From: Wallemia ichthyophaga EXF-994
Taxonomy: Eukaryota > Fungi > Basidiomycota
Reading direction: 5' to 3'
Length of the DNA: 124,000 nt
NCBI RefSeq assembly: GCF_000400465.1
Contig: NW_008806283.1
Coordinates: 20,001-144,000 of the forward strand
Shown here: piece by piece, positions 39,294-49,872 of the stretch
Layout: the number at the start of each line of letters is the position of its first letter
Numbering within the stretch: the first letter of the stretch is position 1
The notes under the pieces: generated by a model
What the model saw: only the letters and a program-made list of their open reading frames with translations
Databases searched by the model: none
Told to the model about the DNA's origin: nothing
Program-made: the position numbers and the translations under genes

Positions 39294-39924
39294 AATCGGG
39301 GCGTTTGATTTATATCGCCGTCGTTGTACTCTTGATAGAAGCGCAACGCGTATTTACTCAATTTGGTAAATACAATTTGCTCATCGAGTAAAATAGTAGT
39401 AGTTGTCTCCTTGTATTACGCGTTAAATCACTTTCATTCTCATCGAAATATCCCCCTTATCTCTAACTTCCAGTCGAATTAGCTGAATAACGTAAAATAT
39501 TGGAATATAAGCTCAAATAACAACATTTTATCTAAATATAATTGCATCTCAATAATCCCTATCAAATGAGCTACTCGAACGTTTTATGCTTAGCTCCCGC
39601 GATCAATTCCGCTGCACCTCAACCTTTGGCAATAAAGTAGGCTGCTAAAATTTTGCAATACACACATATTCTGTTTTATAAGTGCTTCAAATGCATAATA
39701 TCGTCTGCAATGGTCATGACTTTATCTGAAAATTTTGCGAGCTGTAGTATAATGTCTCAATATCAATCAAGACCCAGTCATTACACGTCTCTGCCGTCTG
39801 CAAGTGTTCTTTTTATCGATGGTCCCTGGACCTTCCACGTCATATTGAGGCACTTAGAAAGGCATCCACGATATCAAGATTGATCGTACAATACAACTTC
39901 CACCCTTTTGCTTTGTCTAAATCA

Positions 39925-40375
39925 ATGAGTTTCGAAGTGTTAGATATTGCTGCCGCTGTACCTTTGGCTGTAAGTGCACAAACGTCCATTTGTACACCGT
40001 ATCATTGATGCACACTTGCGGGGCCAAGTTGAACCAACCAAGCGTAATGATTGTCTATTATTTGAACTCTAAGACAAAACAATTGATACTGATCCTGAAA
40101 ATTCAATTAACCTCTACACTAAGCGTGACGGTGGATCTCTTCAAGATCTGTCTGTAGCTGATCAAAATATACTTGAGACATTCGGTTCTCTGAACCGAGA
40201 TACTGCTGTCGGAAAGCTCCTCAACTATTTTGCTGCTAAATATACCAAGCGTGGAGATTGTCAACTGCTCGGTATTCAAAATAAAGCTATTCAACTCAAG
40301 ATTCAGAAGTTAATCGATATCTACACGAATGGTAATGAGAATCATCCAAGTATGGCAATCACGAGGATAATATAA
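39925..40375 (+). pseudogene. Kex2-processed repeat precursor pseudogene (member B)
   Basis: ..IAAAVPLA|GTAAGT; exon2 frame has three TKR sites; in-frame TAA at 40070-40072; acceptor apparently mutated (TTGCGG). Confidence 0.7.
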
Positions 40376-41297
40376 TTGTTGTTGGAGCTCACGTTAACGA
40401 CATTCTCAAAAAGCGCGAAGACACTGTTGCGGAAAGACAAGCTGGTCTCTGAATTTTTCTCAGGGCTACGGGAAGCGCCTAAGAGCTTTCAAATTTCTAC
40501 TTAATTGTTATTGTTATCTTCCCACCTTTCACGTTGTACACATTTGTTAATTGAGTGAGTTTTAAATGAAAGCGCAATTGCGTCATCTTCGTTACAATCT
40601 TAATGTCTCGCTTTTATGGGGATGGTGACAGTTGATCGAGCTAAATTACGGAAAAATAATTCTTAAATGTTTCGAGGAACAGACGATTAGCAATGTATGC
40701 AAGGAAACCCACACTTACCAAGTCATTGAACAAACATTACATTACAGGCTAACCAAAGTTGTCTCTTTAGTGGATGCTCAGGTATTCATTAATACGGTAG
40801 CTTACAGAGCAATCGAAGAGCTTCACCACTTATAGGAGACACACGAAGGCAAATTACTTCATCAGCCCCATATCATGACAAATATTCGCTGATAGCGGCG
40901 TGCTAAGCGACATTACTTACTCGCACACAATATTTCGCAAAAATTTGAAGCAAGTGAAATTCATATGAGACATAGCTGTTACCATATGGTACCCATCTGA
41001 GAACCAAGCGTACCTGAACCACAATTTCATGCCGAGCAATTGCAGTCTAAAATTGGAAACCTTCTGCAATATGTATTGTTTCGAAACATCTTTAAGACAC
41101 TGTTGTTTTGCTTACTGGGACTAAGACGGGGTTAGTTAAGCATACAGGGTCAAGTATCTTACGTAAATAACGTCACTATTACATTGAACGATTGAAAGCT
41201 TGGCCGGGTTGGATAACCCATACTCTAACTTTAAGACTCTCTATTTTTAAAATAGCCACCAATACAATCTTTTTACTAGAATAACAAGGTAAGTACA

Positions 41298-41713
41298 ATG
41301 AGATTGTCTTTACTTGTCGTCTCATCAGTCATCTGCGCTGCTGCTTCTGTAGTGCTGTTTGCTGTAAGTTGAATAATACTTTGTCACTGCTAAAGTGAAT
41401 GCAGAATTACCTTCCAAATGATATAGCTCCCACCAAGCGTGGTGACGAGCAGCTGATCAGCCTTCAAGATGAAGCTATCGATCCTGATATCAAGCTTTTG
41501 GTCAAAATTATCTTCAACGGAACTGATTCATCCTCAACCAGCAAGCGCGATGACAAGCAGTTGATAGGCCTACAAGATAAATCGTTTGATCTTGACATCA
41601 AGGGTTTATCAAAATTATCAAAAACGGAACTGAAGAATCATCTAAGCGTGAGGTTGCCGCTCCCAAAATTCAAGCTGGCCTTTGAGCTGGCGTCTTCTGA
41701 TTTGCCTTTTTAA
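41298..41713 (+). CDS. Kex2-processed repeat precursor (member C), frameshifted in second repeat
   Basis: Exon1 41298-41363 signal peptide, intron GTAAGT..CAG, exon2 from 41405 with two KR-delimited repeats; alternative frame after ~41605 reads KIIKNGTEESSKREVAAPKIQAGL* (stop 41685). Confidence 0.75.
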
Positions 41714-43524
41714 GTGATGTTATCGCAGCTGCGGCATGTAGCTAAGCGTTTTCTTTTGTATATAACACGTACTCTAAACTTTTTATTACAAATTAGTGTG
41801 TTAATTAGTGCCGCATTGTAATGTCTAAAAATAAAGCTGACTTGTCAATTGGCTGTGATGAGCCAAATTACTTTAAACTAGCTCTTCATAGCACTTCAAT
41901 GACTAAAAACTTGAGCAGAGCAATTTTGCTATAAGTCCGTAGCGAATAGGTTTGTGAAGAGCTAGAACGTGTTCATATCCTTGCTGGAGTTGTGTAGCGC
42001 TCTGCAATAATAAAACTAGTTTTAGTATGTTTCAGGGAGAGAAATTGGAATATGAAAATAACCGTTCTTACTAACTTGGCCTCTACGACTCTAATGCAAA
42101 TTGATTACCCTTACACCCCCATGATCTAAATTTCAAAAGGCTGTGATCGCAAGCCAGACCCCGATTTCAGTGTTCTGCTGATCCATACTTTTCTATGCTT
42201 TTATGTATACGACCAAGTATGATGTGAGTCGAAGCGACAGTAGTTCTTCCTGGTACCAGGATTATAGCGATGAACGCCATGTTTCGTAAAACGTATACGC
42301 GTTCATAAAGCGGAATATTTGAAATATTGAGTGCTTGCGGTTTATATCAATCGAAATGCTGTATTCTCATCGATGTCATCGATGAAACGAGGAGGATATT
42401 CCATATACATCATATAGCGTGCTCTAGAGTGATTTTGGATCATTGCTTCCTTCAGAGCGCAGGACGCCATTTCGAGCGCCGGGCATATAAATCTGGCAAC
42501 GTCATATTTCTTACTATCACAGCTACCAATTTTATTTGGAGATCATCAAAAGTCATAATCAGCATTTGAGATGAGACAGGTGGTAGTGGAAAAACTCAAT
42601 TTGGTGGATATTGAGCGAAGTGCTGATAAGAATATGTTTGGAATGCTGAATTTATCATGAAATTGATTGTCTTGCTATATTGTTCAAATTGTCAATATAT
42701 GCCATTCTTGCGTTCGTCTTCTCACTTACTTGGTCATTTGCAGAGTACCTTGAGCAGCTTTAGCTCGTTAGAATATGTATTACTGTACCAAACTTTTTCA
42801 GTGCTCAAATTTTTGTCAAAGTGCCCTTTCATCACATAAGCACATCCTAAAGTCGTTGGAGATCCAAGACGAGTCAAGATTGAGCGTTTCTGAGATGTGA
42901 GGAAGGAGTTGAATTGTGTAATATTCAAAAGCACTCATAAATCCACTAAATTTGTTTATTGATGATCTCGAGATGCGTGGTTATATTGTGCAATGTTTGT
43001 AGCATCTTTGAGAGCATGAGCGCTCTTATGTAGCTGGAACGTAATAATTTTTATAATCAAGGCTTTCAATTCATTCGATTAACCCTCCCAAGTGGTCAAT
43101 TTGCACCCATTCGGCTGTTTGAGGACAGCTTCGAGGGTGTTTGGCGAATCATGCAGCTGTATCATTAAAGCAATTCTACAGTGTTTCAATGCGCCCATGT
43201 TTACATTAATGTTTAGATTCAAACATCGACTCTAGCGCGTCATCAGCTGCGCGTGGATGGCCAGCAACGTTCGGCCCACTCGGAACATCAAGGCTGTGCT
43301 CAAACCGGCCAGATAAATTCGCAGAAGTCTCTTTCATTTCAAAAAGAGCTACTTCTGTTGTCTGCAAGGTCTGCAAGCAATAAAGAAATCATTACTTGTA
43401 GAAAATCCCTTGTCACGCGTTCAGGGACACACTCTAGATGGATCCATTTTTTTCGCTTTTCTTCGCTGAGCTTGCGTAAAATTTCTTTCAGCACAACATT
43501 CAAAGGTTCCACTCTTTCGTAGCA

Positions 43525-43793
43525 ATGAAATTCATGATCTTCGCCTCTGTAGCCGCTATTCTTGGCTCAACCATCGCTACACCAGTTACAGTAAGTGTCT
43601 GGCATTTTCAAAGCATGTGACTAACGCAAAGCTATAGCGCGATGGGCAAGCTGTCCCAGACCTTCTCGCTGCACTCGGGCTCACTCAAGACCAGAAGGCT
43701 GCAGTACCAGGGTTACTCAAAAATCTTGGCCTTGCACCAACTGAAAATGTTGAAGCTGCATTTACTGTACCTGAGGCTCCAGCTGGATTCTAA
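43525..43793 (+). CDS. Small secreted amphipathic peptide precursor (member D, 73 aa)
   Basis: Exon1 43525-43590 MKFMIFASVAAILGSTIATPVT, intron GTAAGT..CTAAC..TAG, exon2 43638-43793 RDGQAVPDLLAALGLTQDQKAAVPGLLKNLGLAPTENVEAAFTVPEAPAGF*. Confidence 0.78.
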
Positions 43794-44571
43794 ACAGCCA
43801 AATGATATCTGTAACGTCAGTAACATCGACTCAGCACAAGTGTTGGACACACTTGCGCTGCTTGTACGATTTTTCTCATTTGTCACACTCATGATACATA
43901 TCTTAAATTTGCAATACTATTGCAAGTTTTCAACGAAAATGACTCCGTAGCATTTTATCTTTACTATTGCCTTGCCAATCCCAATCACTTTTATGTAGAT
44001 GGTAATTTTGCGTTAGCAACCAGTACACCTTTCTAATGAAGCTGCATTTTAATGCTCTTTTATCTTTAGGTACTTCGCGTGAATTAGCTGTATTCTGTGT
44101 GTATCTATTTCGTGTTTGCGCTAACATCTGGTAGAAACGCGCTTGTGTTTGGCGTTTTGTATCGACACAAAGAAAAAGAGTGGTCAGCTTCTATTGAAAT
44201 GATAGCACTTGAACTGCACAATACACAAAAATATTTCAAATCGGAGTCCTTGTGGAAATACCGTTGAGCTCAGTCTTATCGCATTCTTGATCGTATGCCT
44301 GTAGATCCTCGATCGCCTTCACGTCATAGCTTTTTATGATTAGTGCGAGTGATACGCGAGATCGCTTATTCGCACGGCGAGGGTGATCATTTTTATATCT
44401 GTGACGATGCCATCTAAAACTTTGCTGTCTTAAGGAAGATATTTTTGATCTATGCAGCCAATTTAGGATTAATTGTACTGAATATTTTCACGTTAAGGAA
44501 CAGCACATTAGACATCATCGCGAAATTAAGACATCTTAAAACAATTATCAGGTCTATACACTCTTTTAGCA

Positions 44572-44890
44572 ATGAAAATTGGAATTGTCGCCGCTATTGC
44601 CACCATTGTTAGCATGACAGTTGCTGCGCCAGTGACTGTTAGTACACAGTAATTCGTCAGGTCATATCTAACCATAAGTCAGACTGAAGATGGATATTTT
44701 GGATGATACCGGAATCCTTGTAGGAAATATTTCCGGGACTATTGTCGGGAGTTCTTCTGGAGGTCCTTTCGGGGGTCCTTTCAGGGGTGATGAAGGGGCT
44801 TCCGTGAGGAGTGTTGTCGGGATTGTTGGGGACGATGTCTGGGATGTACTATCAGACACTGCAGATTTAATAGAAGTGATCAGTGGATGA
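44572..44890 (+). CDS. Small secreted acidic/Gly-rich peptide (member F), acceptor site uncertain
   Basis: Exon1 44572-44637 MKIGIVAAIATIVSMTVAAPVT|GTTAGT, branch CTAAC; in frame with ORF 44690-44890 only if AAG at 44689 is the acceptor. Confidence 0.5.
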
Positions 44891-45023
44891 AATCCTGATC
44901 TTTAAACTTGGCACATTGTTCAAACGTATCTGAAAGGAAAAAGGTATTCGATTGAGCAAGTCTATTATTACAATACAAGTCAAATTATATATGGTAACTA
45001 AATTAAGATCGATTAATCATGTG

Positions 45024-48000
45024 CTAGATAGTGATCGCTTCGAATGCCTCGAGGATCCCATCATTGCCTCCAAACTGTTTGAGAAGTTCGTGTGTGATAC
45101 TTTCGGTATCAACGCCATCACCATCCACTACCTCTGTCTTAACTTTAGCCTTCTTGAGTGCGCGATCGAAATCGACGAGCATATCACTGCCCACAACGAT
45201 CTCAAAGTTCAATTTGCGCATTTGTGATCTGAATACGATAGCCAATGTGACGACGAGATCTCCTTCTATCGACACATTAAAGCTGAGTTTGTATACCTGG
45301 GCGAGACGCTTGAACTGAGCGTGCACATTCTTCACGTTCATCCATATGGTCGATATGCGCTGCAAGGTATAGCTGAGCTGAGTGTCCTGTGATATGCCCT
45401 CCTCTGTCAACTGACCACGGAGACAGTCGAGGAGGTATTCCAGCAGAGGGCGCAGCTCGCCTTTCTTTGGGGGAAGCAAGTCCATTTCCACCCCCTGCTG
45501 TGAGATGCTCAGCGCCAACTCATTCGCGTAGTTGAACTTATGCGTCGATTGCGACAGGTGCACAATTTGCCAGCTGTGCAGAATCTGCAGCGATTCATAT
45601 TCGCCTGTGTCGACATGTCAGCAGTGCTACTCTCGCACAAATACCACACTCACGTTTCCGCTTCATGGCTTCCGCTTTCGTAAGGCAGCGCACCATATCC
45701 CACTCTTTTCGATTACTGTCAATGGTGTGTGTGTTTTGAGCCAGAGTCTCTTGCTTCGCCTCGAGGCGTGCTCTGAGACGCGCAAGCTCCTCGTTGTTGG
45801 ATGCTATTTCGGCTTTGTACAGCTCCAGTGGCTGCGCCTGCTCCGCTATAGCCTCGCGCAGACCCTCGACTTCCTCCTTGTCGCAGCTGGCGATATCGCG
45901 CACAATGTCTCTTTCTCTGCGCAGCTCCGTCTCCAGTTTGTCCTTGAGGGCGTGTAGCTGCGGGAGATTCTCACCAAGTGCGCCTCTAGTCTCCTGTAGT
46001 ACCCTGGCATCCTTCTCGAGACCATTGAAGGACTCGTTGAGAGACTCCGCATGACCGCTCACTAGCTCCTTCCTCCAGCCGTACCACACTCGCTTAGCGT
46101 TCAGGCGCGAGTTATTTTTCACGATCTTGAGCTGCGCTTCAATACGCACGCGCATATCCTCACTAGCTAGCAGATAATCAACTATCACTGGCGGATTCTC
46201 GTTATCTACTTCACGTTCGTAGCTGTTGAGTGCCTCTATCCCCTCGCTGATGTAGCGCTTCAGCTCGTGGCAGCACCAATACATCATCTCCAATTTGGGG
46301 CCGGTGACCGCATGTGCGCGCAGATATTCGAGCGAGGATGGCTCGTGCATCGGTGCATTTTCCCCACTTAGACCACCCGGACCCACTGTGGAGCGACGCT
46401 TGATGGTTGAAATCCCATCGAGGAATTTCATGTCGGTGAGTTCGAGGAAATCGTTGAGACTGATTTGCACCGGTGCTTCGACGCTGCTTTCGCCATTGTC
46501 CTCCTGTTCTTCCTCTTGCATTAAACCTTCTATCATCCGCTCTGTTTCGGGGCCTGCTGCAAATTCGTTGCGGATTGGTGGAGCCGGCAGTGGTGAGGGT
46601 GCAGCTTCCGGTTGTGGTGAGGGCTCATGTGTATTCGCAAAGGCCTCCTTCTGTGGCGTCGTCACACTCGACGCTAGCCTTAGTGATTGACGTTTAGGAG
46701 TGCTCATCGGCGAGCCTGGGTTTGAGGCACTGATCGATCTGCGCAGTTTAGATGGTGTCATTTGCTGTGCATGTAGCGAGCGTCTGCGAGTTGGTGTGCC
46801 GCTTTGCTCTTGTTCTGGCGCCGTCTTATCCATGTCCATCGCATCACTTTCGGTTGTAGTATTGCGTCCTTGCTGCGTCACGTTAGTATTCTCCTTCACT
46901 AGTATACAAAACCCACCTCAGCTTCTCTCCTCCTTTGCTCCTCCTTCACGCGCTCCTCTTCAGCTTCGCGCTCGTACTCCCTCTCCCTGTCATTCTTACT
47001 CTGCTCCTCCTGCTCCTTTTCAGTTGCGAGTGTGTCAGGTGTAGCTTCGAGCGCTTGTGTGGAGAGTGCTAGTGAAGATCTTCGTCTTGGTTTGTGTGTG
47101 AGTTTTTCTTTCTCGCCACCTTTCTCAGCTGCAACATCGAGTTTAAGTGGGGAAGGACGAAGTGGCGAGGCGAGCTGAAGACGCTGTACGAGTGGGGACA
47201 TGAGCTTTTCCGTGTTAATTTGGTGTTCCTGTTGCTGTTTATGCTCATAATTTCGTTCCCACTCCAGATCATTGTCTTGCTCTTTCTTCTCTTCTTCGCC
47301 ATCATCCTGTCTCACCTCACCAGCAAAAGACGCTCTCTTCTTGTTAGGACTTTTAGCTGCGTTCTTGAGGGCACTTCTTAGCGGCGAGCTCGTCCCAGCG
47401 CCACCCAAGGCACCTCCGAGACTATGTCTGACGCTTTTCGTTTCTTTTTTCATGAGACTCGATTGAGTGGGCGCTGCGAAGCTGCTGCGTTTCCCTCCTT
47501 TACTTTCAGCATCTGGTGATGAGATGGAGATGGAGGCCTTTTTAGGCGAAGGAGCAGGAGCAGGAGCAGGAGTGAATGATGTGCTACTTTTGAGGGCGCT
47601 CTTGAGTGATGGTCGTGGACCGGCGCCTGCCTTGAGGGGTGACGCTTTAACAGATGGTGCGAAACTGACACGACTGACACGCGGTCCGAGACTTTTCCGC
47701 AGACGACGCGTCTCGTCGTTAACTAGGATACCCTTACCGATTGGCTTGGTTATTTCCATAGTCATCGTCGCGTCTGCGTTGTCGTCAGAGTCACTTGAGT
47801 CACTCGAGTCACTCTCTTCTGGAATGGTGGGGACGTTCATAGGTCCACCGACAGCCTGAGTCATCTCCATTGTCATCGACTCATTCTGCGCAGGGTTGCT
47901 AATTAAGGACATGTCGGCAGTTGATTTTCCGTCATTTGCTGACTCTTGATCGTGCTCTTCCGCTGCCTCGTCACTGCTATCGTTCGTTGCCCCCTTCTCG

Positions 48001-49768
48001 GCTTCCATCAAACCACCGACGGCGCCAGTCATCTCCATGGCCATTGACTCGTTTTCTTGATCATCCTCACTAATACCACTGTCGCTCTCGTTGATATGGT
48101 TCTTTGTCTCATTGACACTCTTCTCGGCCTCCATCAAGCCACCGACGGCGCCGGTCATCTCCATGGCCATAGATTCGTTGTTATGGGTAGTATTACTAGC
48201 TAGTGACATATCAGCAACTGAGTTATTGTCGTGATGGTGGTTATTAGCTTTTTCTCCGTTTTCCTCATGGTCATCTTCCTCTCTCCTCTCTCCACCCAAC
48301 ATACCTCCAACAGCCTGGGTCATTTCCATCGTCATAGACCCGTCGGCTATCTTATGTGCGGTGGAGTCATTGCGATCAATGTGGGTTATAGCAGCTTTGG
48401 TGAGATCCATGTCGTCGTTGCTGTTACTCTTACTGGTATTGCTATCGCTATCATTATCGCTATCACTGCCGTTACCTAAGTGGTGCTGCATTGGTGCAGG
48501 TTCTGGAGGTGGGGGTTGCATTAGCATGTGCTGGTCAGCCTCTTCATCATCACTGCTACTGCTACTGCTGTTATCAACACGTCCGCTGACACTCCTACTA
48601 CCCTCTGGCGAGCCCGAGTTCTGCTTAATGACGCTGCTGCGTCGATCTAGGCTCGATCTTCGTCTGCCTGTTTCGAAGTGAGGTAATTTGGGCACACCGG
48701 CTTGGGACATGGACACGGTGAAGTCCATAGTGGTGTCTGCTTCATCTTCACTGGAGGAGGAGGAGGAGTTCTTCTCGTTATCCTCGTTGTTGTCCACATT
48801 GGTGTTGCCGTCGTTGTCGTTCTTCTCGGATGCTGTGGGTGAGAGAGTGAATTGTGGGAGTTGCATGGGTGGTTGGGGTGGTAATGCAACAGGTTCTGCT
48901 GCTGTGAGTGGAATTGGAGATGATTTATTGCTCTGTGATGATAATCTGGGTGATTTACGCGTAGGCGAATGGGATATAACCTTTTTTGGTAAATTTTGGG
49001 GTGATTTCGGAGACTTGGGTGACTTCTTGGGTGACTTCTTGGGTGACTTCTTGGGTGAGTTTTTTGGCGACTTGTTGTCATCACTCTTACTAAACACGTG
49101 ACCAACAGCCTCAGTAAGATCCATTTGCATAGTATTGTCCTCTGCGTCGTTCGCGTCTTGTGTTGGACCATCATCAGACTCAGTATCAGAGCCATCAAGC
49201 GGTCTTTTTCTCTCAAAAGCTTTCTTAAACGCGTGAGTGACGTCTTGAGTAGCTATGGACATGTCAGAGGTGTCTGAATCTTGGTTTTCTTGTGGGTGAT
49301 GATCCTGTGGATGATGTTGGGATTTTTTAGGGGATGGAGACCTGCGTGGGCTAGAAGAGGCCTGTTTATTGCCCTCTTCATCTTCAAACAAACGTATGAA
49401 GCAATGGCTTGCGAATGAGACTCTGCGACTCGCTTCAGATTTCCTAGGTGCTGCGTGCTTGACAGGATTCTGCGGGAGTTCCTCCTCCTCGTCTGAATCT
49501 GGTGGTGGCTGTGGTTTGAGAATTGAGCGGCGTGGTTTCTAGCGTGTGTGAGTGGTGGTGGTAGATATCAAAGCAAACCACGCACAGCCTTCCTCCTTGC
49601 TAATTTCGTGGGTGTAAGTTCAGCGTCTGAATCTGATTCTTGGTGGTCATCTCCGCTGCCATCTCCGTGGTTACCACCGCTACCACCCAGACTCTTGGAA
49701 CGCAGCTTCCTATTCTCCTTATTTTCCTTGTTGTTTAGATACGTCGTCGACTTTCTACGCGAGTCCAT
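45024..49768 (-). CDS. SPC105: Kinetochore scaffold Spc105/Spc7/KNL1 (multi-exon)
   Basis: N-terminal RRSILK and RRVSF PP1 motifs (49400-49540), about 8 MELT-like repeats (MDLT, MDFT, MEMT, MEIT), Spc7 coiled coil and C-terminal RWD-like region. Confidence 0.88.
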
Positions 49769-49872
49769 CTCTCTTCGCCTTCACGCGTCGCGTAACGTCG
49801 TCGTTATCGCACAAGGAAAACCGAAATGGAAATTAAAGTAAAAATAATAAAAATAAATACAATTTACTAAAA

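Noticed and set aside
42050-42840. Further signal-peptide-like starts (MKITVLTNLAS at ~42052, MKLIVLL at 42657) as extra peptide-family members
   Set aside because: No recognisable KR-delimited repeats or conserved tail downstream; possible remnants but unsupported
28278-44890. Mating-type locus (pheromone plus receptor)
   Set aside because: No CAAX-terminated lipopeptide pheromone, no Ste3-type motifs and no homeodomain genes seen
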